Part shown: piece after piece, positions 18,269 through 26,180 of the stretch | How positions within the stretch are numbered: position 1 is the first letter of the stretch | How the letters are laid out: each line of letters begins with the position of its first letter | From: Snowella sp. | GTDB taxonomy: Bacteria > Cyanobacteriota > Cyanobacteriia > Cyanobacteriales > Microcystaceae | Assembly (NCBI GenBank): GCA_035285545.1 | Contig: JAYKGY010000001.1 | Coordinates: 1 to 29,975 of the forward strand | Reading direction: 5' to 3' | Length of the DNA stretch: 29,975 bases | The notes under the pieces: model-generated | Database searches by the model: none | The model's input: only the letters and a program-made list of their open reading frames with translations | Told to the model about the DNA's origin: nothing | Program-made: the position numbers and the translations under genes

Positions 18269-19249
18269 TTAATTAGCGATTTGAGATAACGGTAGCCCTG
18301 TTCCACCTCGTCTAACCATGATTAATTCTGCTGCAATACTGACGGCAATTTCTTCTGGGGTTAAGGCTCCGATATCTAAACCAATCGGTGCATAAATTGT
18401 TTGTAACTGAGTAGGAGGAATCCCCGCTTTTTCGATAGCTTGCAACACCAGCCGAACTCGTTTTTGGCTGCCAATCATGCCAATATATCGACAGTTCACA
18501 GATTGTTTTAACAAGGTTTCTAAAGCTTCTAAATCATAGCGGAAACCTCTGGTTACTAAAGCTACATAGAGTTCTGTGTGATCTTTTAAGGTGGTTAAAG
18601 CGGTTTCTATGGATTCAGTGAAAATATGGGACGCGATCGCGTAACGGTTAGCATTAGCCCACTCTGGTCGGTCATCTTGAACCGCCACTTGAAAGCCGAT
18701 ACTATGGGCAACTTTGGCGAGTTGTTCCCCCACATGACCCGCACCCACAATCAACAATAAAGGCGGAGGAGTCAAGGTTTCGATAAAAGCTTCTTGAGGT
18801 TCAATTGTTAATATTTCTTGAGTAATATAGGGACGTTTTTCTATTGTAAAAGGAGTAACTAAAGTAATTTTTTGTCCTGATTGAAGCTTGTTGATCACAG
18901 TTTCCAAAAGCGCGATCGCGTCCTGTCCTGACCATTTTTCCAGCCACACTTGCATCTTGCCACCACAAACCCCCTCGACGACTTTTTCGACGGCTCCTGT
19001 TAAATCAATTTCAACCCATTGTTTTACTGCTGTTTCTTCATTAGCCGCTAACATTTGTTGGGCCGTTTGAATCACTTTTGCTTCCCCTGCCCCACCGCCA
19101 ATGGTACTAAAAATTTCCCCATTGGACAGAATCACCATTTTGGCTCCCACTTCCCTGGGAACCGAGCCTCTGACCGTTACAACCGTTGCTAAAACTGCTT
19201 CATTTTTCAATAAAACTTGAGCAAGATATTGATAGCAATTAATGGTCAT
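18269..19249 (-). CDS. xdhC: XdhC/CoxI family molybdenum-cofactor insertion accessory protein
   Basis: GSVPREVGAKM, TIGGGAGE, GVCGG, IVGAGHVG, YIGMIGS, APIGLDIGALTPEEIAVSIAAEL. Confidence 0.92.
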   Translation of the reverse strand: MTINCYQYLAQVLLKNEAVLATVVTVRGSVPREVGAKMVILSNGEIFSTIGGGAGEAKVIQTAQQMLAANEETAVKQWVEIDLTGAVEKVVEGVCGGKMQVWLEKWSGQDAIALLETVINKLQSGQKITLVTPFTIEKRPYITQEILTIEPQEAFIETLTPPPLLLIVGAGHVGEQLAKVAHSIGFQVAVQDDRPEWANANRYAIASHIFTESIETALTTLKDHTELYVALVTRGFRYDLEALETLLKQSVNCRYIGMIGSQKRVRLVLQAIEKAGIPPTQLQTIYAPIGLDIGALTPEEIAVSIAAELIMVRRGGTGLPLSQIAN

Positions 19250-19265
19250 AGGAGAAAGTTTTTAA

Positions 19266-19640
19266 TTAAAATTCATAACCTTGATCAACCCAATAATGCC
19301 AATCGGCGATCGCTTCTTGAGTATCATCGTCTGCATCAATGGGTTCTATTTCTGATAATTTTGCCGAAAATATATCTTCATCTTCGCTGTCTAGATCAGC
19401 CACTTCGACAAACATATCATGGGAACATTCGTCTTCTGAAGCCATGCTGACAACTCGCACCTGCTTTTCACGTACAGAACTTCGTAACTTCCTTGTCCAT
19501 TTTGCTAAAAAAGGAAAATTGAGCTTCCCTTCGAGATAGTAGTACCAACCCATCGCCCGTTCTTGTTCATCGTAGGCATCAACCACAATCTCGTAATCAA
19601 TACGGGTTTCGCGCGTATCATCTGTTTCAAAGCTAGGCAT
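19266..19640 (-). CDS. ccbP: Calcium-binding protein CcbP
   Basis: RETRIDYEIVVDAYDEQERAMGWYYYL..L.FPF and DDDTQEAIADWHYW..GYEF match Anabaena CcbP. ATG at 19640 preferred over TTG 19724. Confidence 0.88.
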   Translation of the reverse strand: MPSFETDDTRETRIDYEIVVDAYDEQERAMGWYYYLEGKLNFPFLAKWTRKLRSSVREKQVRVVSMASEDECSHDMFVEVADLDSEDEDIFSAKLSEIEPIDADDDTQEAIADWHYWVDQGYEF

Positions 19641-19716
19641 AGAAAAAATTTGATTGTAAATTAATTTTGAATATTTTACGCCTTTTTGGTGATTAATCAC
19701 TTTTTGTAGGAATAAA

Positions 19717-20214
19717 TCAAACAATTAAATCTAATAAACGAAATTTAGCAATCGTTCCAATCTCTGTTAAAGCCTGATCTTTTTCGGCTTCTTGACTATT
19801 ATTTAAACGTTTTTCAAAGGCTTCTAAAATGCTTTCTTTAGTATGATTTTTAACGGCAATAATAAAAGGAAAACCAAATTTATCTTTATAAGCCTGATTT
19901 AAATGTTGAAAACGCTCATATTCCTCTGCACTCAAGCGGTCTAATCCTACCCCTGCTTGCTCTTTAACGGAAGCCTCCGCCATTTTTGCTTTAGTTGCTA
20001 AATCAGGATGGGCACAAATTAAATCTAATTGTTTTTGTAAAGAGCTATTGTTAACCATTTCTACCATTACTTGATGGAGTGCATTAACATCTTCAAAGGG
20101 TCGTTTTGTCCAACTTTCTTGAGCAACCCAAGGTGAATCTTCAAAAATTTTACTCAAAACTTCTGTGAAACCTGCCTGAGTCATCTCATTTAATTGAACA
20201 ATCGAATAAACCAT
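19717..20214 (-). CDS. uraD: OHCU decarboxylase
   Basis: IFEDSPWVA, AHPDLA, SVKEQAGVGL, LNQAYKDKFGFPFIIAVK, IAKFRL. Confidence 0.95.
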   Translation of the reverse strand: MVYSIVQLNEMTQAGFTEVLSKIFEDSPWVAQESWTKRPFEDVNALHQVMVEMVNNSSLQKQLDLICAHPDLATKAKMAEASVKEQAGVGLDRLSAEEYERFQHLNQAYKDKFGFPFIIAVKNHTKESILEAFEKRLNNSQEAEKDQALTEIGTIAKFRLLDLIV

Positions 20215-20220
20215 AATTTT

Positions 20221-20242
20221 ATTAACTATTAACTATTAACTA
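20221..20242. repeat. Heptamer tandem repeat (ATTAACT)x3, STRR-like
   Basis: ATTAACT ATTAACT ATTAACT A between uraD and uraH; the third unit contains the uraH stop codon. Confidence 0.55.
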
Positions 20243-20598
20243 CCTCGATAGGTACTATACGACCAAGGAGAAACTAACAACGGCACATGATAATGACTAT
20301 TTGGATTAGCAATGCCAAACTGAATGGGAACACGATTTAAAAATAGTGGTTGAGGTAAAGTTTCACCGTATTTAGAAAAATAATCCCCCACATGAAAAAT
20401 TAATTCATAAATACCAATTTTTAACGATTCATCGATTAGTAAAGGCTCATCGGTTCGGCCATCTTTGTTAGTAATTACTTGTTTTAATAATTCGCGATCG
20501 CCACTTAGAGAATCCACTAACCACAACTCAATGGTTAAATTCGCTGCGGGACAACCATGCGCCGTATCCAAAACGTGCGTTGTTAATTTTCCTGCCAT
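20236..20598 (-). CDS. uraH: 5-hydroxyisourate hydrolase (transthyretin-like)
   Basis: [38 protein letters not shown]; no signal peptide; ATG at 20598. Confidence 0.96.
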   Translation of the reverse strand: MAGKLTTHVLDTAHGCPAANLTIELWLVDSLSGDRELLKQVITNKDGRTDEPLLIDESLKIGIYELIFHVGDYFSKYGETLPQPLFLNRVPIQFGIANPNSHYHVPLLVSPWSYSTYRGS

Positions 20599-20605
20599 AC
20601 TCAAG

Positions 20606-20635
20606 TCCCCATTTCTAAGGGGGATTTAGGGGGAT
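20606..20635. repeat. Second copy of the short palindromic dispersed repeat
   Basis: TCCCCATTTCTAAGGGGGATTTAGGGGGAT fills most of the puuE-uraH gap. Confidence 0.55.
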
Positions 20636-21547
20636 TTAAACAGACTGATAGGGATGATGTTCGATCCAATGTTTAGCAATATCCAGACGACGACAAATCC
20701 ACACATCCTCATGGGACTGGACGTAATCCAAAAATCGAGCTAATGCCGCAATCCGTCCAGGTCTGCCCACTAAGCGAGCATGAAGCCCTACTGACATCAT
20801 CTTCGGAGCCGTTTCGCCTTCTTGGTACAACACATCAAAGGCATCTTTTAAGTAGGTGAAAAAGTCATCGCCACTATTAAACCCTGGCGCAACGCAGTAT
20901 TTCATGTCGTTATTGTCCAAGGTGTAGGGAATGACTAAATGGGGTTTGCCTCCTACCACATCCCAATAGGGCAAATCATCATTGTAGGCATCGGAATCGT
21001 ATAAAAAGCCGCCTTCTTCTACCACTAAACGGCGAGTATTGACACTAGGAGCGTAACGGCAATACCAACCCAAGGGGCGTTCTCCTGTTAGTTTCTTCAG
21101 AGACGCGATCGCCATCTGCATTTGGTGCCGCTCTTCCACTTCGCTCATGTCATGGAAACCGATCCACCGCCAACCGTGACAGCAAATGTCATAACCCGCT
21201 TCGACAATGGCTTGAGCCGCTTCAGGATTTCGTTCCAATGCCAAGGCTGCCCCAAAAATCGTAATGGGAATATTGCGTGATTTAAACAACCGCATTAACC
21301 GCCAAAAACCCGCACGAGAACCGTATTCATAAATGGATTCCACAATTAAATCCCGTTTACCATCCCCCATCGAAGCTCCTGGGACTTCCCAAAGATAGGT
21401 TTCTGAACGATTATCGCCATCGGGAATGGAGTATTCTGAGCCTTCTTCGTAGTTTAAGACAATTTGTAAGGCTAGACGGGCATTATTGGGCCATTTGGGA
21501 TCGGGTGGGGTTGCACCATATCCAATTAAATCGCGGGGATAGGTCAT
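20636..21547 (-). CDS. puuE: Allantoinase PuuE (polysaccharide deacetylase fold)
   Basis: YPRDLIGYG..PPDPKWP, LNYEEGSE, ESIYEYGSRAGFWR, HGWRW, PYTLDNND, MMSVGLHARLVGRPGR; sits next to uraH and uraD. Confidence 0.93.
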   Translation of the reverse strand: MTYPRDLIGYGATPPDPKWPNNARLALQIVLNYEEGSEYSIPDGDNRSETYLWEVPGASMGDGKRDLIVESIYEYGSRAGFWRLMRLFKSRNIPITIFGAALALERNPEAAQAIVEAGYDICCHGWRWIGFHDMSEVEERHQMQMAIASLKKLTGERPLGWYCRYAPSVNTRRLVVEEGGFLYDSDAYNDDLPYWDVVGGKPHLVIPYTLDNNDMKYCVAPGFNSGDDFFTYLKDAFDVLYQEGETAPKMMSVGLHARLVGRPGRIAALARFLDYVQSHEDVWICRRLDIAKHWIEHHPYQSV

Positions 21548-21600
21548 GGCTAAAAGTGGAGTTCAACAGGTTAACAATCAACGGAAAATGCTGAAAAAGG

Positions 21601-22011
21601 TTACACGGCAACGGGTGTGGTTGCGGCTTTATAGGCTGCCCATCCGCCATGATGGGAAATATCAGGATCACCTTGTTTTTCGATGAGTTCACGGGGATAA
21701 AGCATCGCCAGTAAGACTTCCCCATCACTCAAGATCACTTCTGCGGGGTACATATTGGGCGGTTCGGTGGCGAGTAAATGCTCATACTGCGATCGCGTCA
21801 TTTCGTAGACTTCTCCAGGAATGGAAATACCATTTTCTTCAACGGAATAGATCCCAGGATGCCAACCATTACCGACGGAATGGAGACGATAATTGGGCTT
21901 GGTTTTAGCTTCTTTAACGAATTTAGCTGATTGTAAGTTTTGGTGATCGGGTTGTCCCCGCAAGGCAGAACCACAGATAAAAAAGCGGATGGTGTCAGAA
22001 GTAGTAGTCAT
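21601..22011 (-). CDS. Gamma-glutamylcyclotransferase-fold protein resembling the allophanate hydrolase C-terminal domain
   Basis: FFICGSALRGQPDH.NL..A.FV..AKT.P.YRL, G.SI.GEVYE, V.LSDG and DISHHGGWAAY parallel the AtzF C-domain pattern. Confidence 0.7.
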   Translation of the reverse strand: MTTTSDTIRFFICGSALRGQPDHQNLQSAKFVKEAKTKPNYRLHSVGNGWHPGIYSVEENGISIPGEVYEMTRSQYEHLLATEPPNMYPAEVILSDGEVLLAMLYPRELIEKQGDPDISHHGGWAAYKAATTPVAV

Positions 22012-22059
22012 AGGGTTGGCAAAAACTGAAATACAAGAGCATGGAAATCAACCAAGGTC

Positions 22060-22088
22060 ATTGTATACCGTATACAGCATTCTTTCAA
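22060..22088 (-). promoter_or_regulatory. Sigma70-type promoter of the purine cluster overlapped by a palindromic operator
   Basis: Minus strand TTGAAA (22088-22083), 17-nt spacer, TACAAT (22065-22060). The palindrome TGTATAC-C-GTATACA at 22062-22076 covers the spacer and -10. Confidence 0.7.
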
Positions 22089-22306
22089 GTTGTCAATTTT
22101 TGGGTCTTGATAGAACTAAATTTACATTCCTCACAGAATATACAGCGTCGGCGATCGCGTACAATCGATTAAAATAGAGAAAAAACCACAAAAACCTTAA
22201 GGAGTGACAAAAATGTCTCAGAATTTGCTCTAGCGGCTGATTCTGATTGGAGAATGTTCCCTTTTTATCTGCCAGTTTTCATTTTTAACGAAGGAATTGG
22301 AGAGTA

Positions 22307-23620
22307 ATGTTTATTCTCAATAAGATAATCTTTGAGGGCTTAAATACGATTAAGCAAAGATTAAAAATAATACAAATCTTTCCCAAAAAAGTTTGGAAGT
22401 TTGTTTATTTAGGGCTATTAATCTTTAGTTTTCTGGGAATTGTTTCCTGCACAAACCTATCATCATTTTCTCCTTCAACTCAGCTTCAAGGAAATCTGTT
22501 TATTTGGCATTCCCTAGAAAATGAGATTTCCCAATTATTGGATAAAGTTTGTCAAGAATTTCAGAAACTCAATCCCGATGTTACAATCCAAAGTATTTAT
22601 ATCCCTAAAGAGCAAATTATTCCTCACTTCATCGAACAATCTCAAAAAGGGTTTGGAGCCAGTGTGCTCATCGATGCCACTCAATCTTTACCGGAACTTA
22701 TCCAAGCTAAACGTCTTCAAGTTATTAATGAGACCGATTTAGATGAAAAAATTTATTATCCTCATAATCTCAATCAAGTTCGTTACCAAGGAAAAATTTA
22801 TGGGATTCCGTTAGGCTCTCATACAAAGGTTTTGTGTTATAACCAAGCTAAATTAAATACAACCAATGATCCAATTCTTCGTTCTCCACCCACCACATTA
22901 GATGAATTAACAAAACGGGCTATTAAAGGTTATTCCGTTGGTTTAGTGTCTTCTTTTGAAGATACTTTTTGGGGGATCAGTAATTTCGGAGGATCTTTGC
23001 TCGATTCTCAAGGAAATTTAAAACCTCAATTAGCGGCTTGGAGCCAATGGTTAACCTGGTTAAAAAAGGCAGGAACTCAACAAAATTTCATTTTATTGCG
23101 AGGCGATAGCAGTGTTTTGAATAAAGCATTTATTGAAGAAAAATTGACCTATTATGTTTGTAATGCAACCGAAATTGCTGGTTTTAAAAATGTCTTAAAA
23201 GATAATTTTAAAATTGCCTTATTACCCAACAAAAATCCTTTCCATGCCGCCCCTTTACTGTATACAAAAGCCTTTATGATTAATCGTAGTGCTTCAGACA
23301 ATGAAAAACAGTTAGCTCTCGCATTGGGCCGGTTTTTAAGTAATCCAGAACATCAACTCCAAGGGGTTGTCAAAACCCAAAGTTTTATTCCAACAAATCG
23401 TCATGTTGTTCTCGATAAAACCTTACTCCCGATTGAATCTATTCTTTTACAACAAGCCCAAACTGCGATTTCTTTCTCCTTAGAGGTTGTAGCGAAATTA
23501 TTACCAACGTTTGAACCTGCTGAACAAATCTATCAATCAGCGATCGCGGGGGATATTTCGACAGAAGAAGCCGCCCAACAACTCACGACATTAATTGAAC
23601 AATCTCATTCAGAAAGGTAA
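22307..23620 (+). CDS. Extracellular solute-binding lipoprotein (sugar-binding/MalE-like family)
   Basis: Hydrophobic segment ending in lipobox GIVSC; LFIWHS, FQKLNPDVTI, YQGKIYGIP..VLCYN, PPTTLDEL, G.ISTEEAA. Start uncertain because the n-region is long. Confidence 0.85.
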   Translation: MFILNKIIFEGLNTIKQRLKIIQIFPKKVWKFVYLGLLIFSFLGIVSCTNLSSFSPSTQLQGNLFIWHSLENEISQLLDKVCQEFQKLNPDVTIQSIYIPKEQIIPHFIEQSQKGFGASVLIDATQSLPELIQAKRLQVINETDLDEKIYYPHNLNQVRYQGKIYGIPLGSHTKVLCYNQAKLNTTNDPILRSPPTTLDELTKRAIKGYSVGLVSSFEDTFWGISNFGGSLLDSQGNLKPQLAAWSQWLTWLKKAGTQQNFILLRGDSSVLNKAFIEEKLTYYVCNATEIAGFKNVLKDNFKIALLPNKNPFHAAPLLYTKAFMINRSASDNEKQLALALGRFLSNPEHQLQGVVKTQSFIPTNRHVVLDKTLLPIESILLQQAQTAISFSLEVVAKLLPTFEPAEQIYQSAIAGDISTEEAAQQLTTLIEQSHSER

Positions 23621-23627
23621 GCTTGGC

Positions 23628-24941
23628 ATGGAAACCGTAATTCCTACGTTATCGGATATTGTGATTCGTCAAATTATTTTTATGGAGCGTCCTGATGTAC
23701 GAAACCAATGGATAGGAATTGTTTTTTCGTTAACGATAGGATGGTTACTGTCTAAATATGGTTGGCAGCAGCTACAGCTAAATTTCCCTCATTTCACAAA
23801 ATTTAACTTGGTCAAAAGTCGTCTATCTAGACAAGAATATGGGGCTTTTCTGATTCAAACCTTAGATTTTCCTGTTCTGAGTCTAATATTATTAAGCTTA
23901 GTAGAATTATTATTTTCCAGTCAAGATTGGACAGATGGAATTATCAGAATCTTTATTAAATTAATAACAATTTATACCATTTATCGCTTTTTTTTGACAC
24001 TTTTATATAGTATTTTTCCCGTTCATCTGATTCGGACTTATCAAACTCGTTTATTTGCTCCTTTAATTTTATTATTCAGCCTTCAACAAATTGCTAGTAT
24101 GAATGCTGATCTCACGCAAGTTTCTCAAATTATTTTATTTAAATTATTTGGAGAAAATGTGACTGTTGGAGCAATATTTTGGTTATTTACGGGACTTTAT
24201 TTTTGGATTATAACGGTTACTATTGGAGAAGAAATTTCTCGAATTTATTTTCAATCTCAAACGGAATTAGAAAAAGGAAAAACGGAAGCTGCCTTATTAT
24301 TAGTTCGTTATTTTTTAATGTCTCTTGGAATTGTCATTATTTTAGGTTCAGTCGGAGTGAATGGAACTGCCGTTGCTGCGATTACAGGAGGGCTTTCAGT
24401 CGGTATTGGTTTTGGTTTACAGCAAGTGGTGAGTAACTTTGTCAGCGGTATTTTACTGTTATTTGAAGGTGTTTTAAAACCTGGCGATATCATTAATGTA
24501 GAGGGGGATACCTGCCGCGTTACTAAGCTAGGAATACGAGCAACAACAGTTCTTCGCTTAATTGATAACTCAGAAAAGATTATTCCCAATCAAACGTTTT
24601 TTACCTCTGATTTAACCACCTATACGGGCAGCGATCACTTGGTTTACTGTTCCATTGCGATCGGGGTGAGTTATGGTTCCTCCGTAGAAAAAGCCATTGA
24701 TCTCTTGCTGAAAATTGCGAAACAACATCCTCAAGTCCTCAATCAACCAGAGCCAGTTGCATTTTTCATTAACTTTGGCGACTCCAGTTTAAATGTTGAA
24801 CTAAAATTTTGGCTCAATGATATTAATAGTAAAAAACGAGTAATCAGTGATATTAATTGCACCATTTTAGAAGTTTTTAGAGAACATCATATTGAAATCC
24901 CTTTCCCCCAAAGAGATATTCATCTTTATCACAATCATTAG
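23628..24941 (+). CDS. MscS-family small-conductance mechanosensitive channel with extra N-terminal TM helices
   Basis: GGLSVGIGFGLQQVVSNFVSGILLLFE, PGDII, GIRAT, IIPNQ, IGVSYGS, FGDSSLN, IEIPFPQRDIH. ATG lies 7 nt after the SBP stop. Confidence 0.93.
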   Translation: METVIPTLSDIVIRQIIFMERPDVRNQWIGIVFSLTIGWLLSKYGWQQLQLNFPHFTKFNLVKSRLSRQEYGAFLIQTLDFPVLSLILLSLVELLFSSQDWTDGIIRIFIKLITIYTIYRFFLTLLYSIFPVHLIRTYQTRLFAPLILLFSLQQIASMNADLTQVSQIILFKLFGENVTVGAIFWLFTGLYFWIITVTIGEEISRIYFQSQTELEKGKTEAALLLVRYFLMSLGIVIILGSVGVNGTAVAAITGGLSVGIGFGLQQVVSNFVSGILLLFEGVLKPGDIINVEGDTCRVTKLGIRATTVLRLIDNSEKIIPNQTFFTSDLTTYTGSDHLVYCSIAIGVSYGSSVEKAIDLLLKIAKQHPQVLNQPEPVAFFINFGDSSLNVELKFWLNDINSKKRVISDINCTILEVFREHHIEIPFPQRDIHLYHNH

Positions 24942-25046
24942 CTCTCTTGTATGAATAGGTAAAATAGGAAGAAGTCATCTGCAAAAATCAGAGGAAGCGG
25001 TAGTAACTATAGTCGATGTAACCGAGGTCGAGATTAAACGCACCAA

Positions 25047-25079
25047 ATAAAACCCGGTCTCTACATCAGAAACCGAGTT
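25047..25079 (-). terminator. Putative intrinsic terminator after rplT
   Basis: Minus strand AACTCGGTTTCT-gatgt-AGAGACCGGGTT followed by TTATTT. Confidence 0.6.
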
Positions 25080-25113
25080 CTAGGGTTTGATAGGCATTCA
25101 ATGGGAAAATCAG

Positions 25114-25467
25114 TTATTTTGCTTGGGCGGCAACTTTCACCACTTCAGCAAACGCTTGGGGATCTAAAATGGCTAATTGGGCTAACATTTTACGGTTTAA
25201 CTCGATATTGGCTTTTTTGAGTTGGCCCGTGAGTTTGCTGTAGCTTAGTCCTTCGGCTCTAGCGGCTGCATTAACACGAGTGATCCACAGACGACGGAAA
25301 TCCCGTTTGCGTTTGCGGCGATCGCGGTAGGAATTACGGAGAGCTTTCATTACCTGCTGATTGGCAGTACGGAAAAGCTTAGAATGGGAACCTCTAAAAC
25401 CTTTAGCCAGTTTAAGAATTTTTTTACGGCGTTTGCGGGCCACATTACCGCGCTTTACTCTAGTCAT
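25114..25467 (-). CDS. rplT: 50S ribosomal protein L20
   Basis: [42 protein letters not shown]. Confidence 0.99.
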   Translation of the reverse strand: MTRVKRGNVARKRRKKILKLAKGFRGSHSKLFRTANQQVMKALRNSYRDRRKRKRDFRRLWITRVNAAARAEGLSYSKLTGQLKKANIELNRKMLAQLAILDPQAFAEVVKVAAQAK

Positions 25468-25524
25468 AATGGATCTCTAGGATGATTTACCAACTAAATA
25501 AAATTTGTAATTTTCTCGAATACC

Positions 25525-25728
25525 TTACATATAAGGCATCATCAAACGAACAGCATGTTCATCCGACTCATGAACCAACGCCGTATTCGATAACCGTCTG
25601 CGTCTCTGTTCAGCACTCTTATGTTCTAATAAGTGATTCTTAAAAGCTTTACGACGGACGATCTTTGTCCCGCTCCCCGTAGGACGAAAACGCTTTGCGG
25701 CGGCCTTACGAGTTTTCAGTTTAGGCAT
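25525..25728 (-). CDS. rpmI: 50S ribosomal protein L35
   Basis: [30 protein letters not shown]; directly upstream of rplT. Confidence 0.99.
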   Translation of the reverse strand: MPKLKTRKAAAKRFRPTGSGTKIVRRKAFKNHLLEHKSAEQRRRRLSNTALVHESDEHAVRLMMPYM

Positions 25729-25809
25729 AAACTTTGTTTAATGATTTTAATTAGACACAATTTATTACTATATCATTACCGTTTTCAATCCTGCAAGCAG
25801 TCCATCGAT

Positions 25810-25846
25810 AAAAAAAAGGAGGCTCACTATTTACCAGTGTCACTCC
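25810..25846 (-). terminator. Putative intrinsic terminator of the pirA-like gene
   Basis: Minus strand GGAG..CACT-loop-AGTG..CTCC followed by T8. Confidence 0.6.
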
Positions 25847-25874
25847 CCGCCATTTTCACCAATTAACAAACTGT

Positions 25875-26036
25875 CTAGCGTAAATGTAAATAAGCGGCTT
25901 CTGCTTCTAACTGACGTAGTAAATTATCATTACCGGCGGCTCTAGCCAATTCCATGCGATGCTGTAAATTCTTCCGCAATGATTCTTGATGGGCGATCGC
26001 GGCTTGAGTTAAGGTTTGTTGACGATTTTTGTTCAT
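25875..26036 (-). CDS. pirA: PII-interacting regulator of arginine synthesis PirA (Ssr0692-like, 53 aa), not in ORF track
   Basis: Hand translation MNKNRQQTLTQAAIAHQESLRKNLQHRMELARAAGNDNLLRQLEAEAAYLHLR. The H...L...LQ.RME.AR..G..NLL.QLE.E..Y pattern matches Ssr0692. NtcA box upstream, terminator downstream. Confidence 0.82.
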   Translation of the reverse strand: MNKNRQQTLTQAAIAHQESLRKNLQHRMELARAAGNDNLLRQLEAEAAYLHLR

Positions 26037-26114
26037 ACTGAACACCCTCGATAGATAACTTATGATTGCTATATCTATAAACTAACATAAGGTTCGGAGT
26101 AAATCGGACAAAGT

Positions 26115-26128
26115 GTATAATTTGTTAC
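26115..26128. promoter_or_regulatory. NtcA binding site GTA-N8-TAC
   Basis: GTATAATTTGTTAC, about 80 nt upstream of the pirA-like start; pirA is a known NtcA-repressed gene. Confidence 0.7.
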
Positions 26129-26180
26129 TGAAATTAACATTCAGGTCGTAAGAGATAGCTCAAGTGTGGAAAATATCGTT

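Noticed and set aside
22062..22076. NtcA site at the purine promoter
   Set aside because: Spacing is GTA-N7-TAC, not N8; treated as a different operator.
18888..22177. ORFs 18888-19070, 19217-19450, 19339-19539, 21483-21728 and 21989-22177
   Set aside because: Overlap the purine cluster genes or promoter; no motifs.
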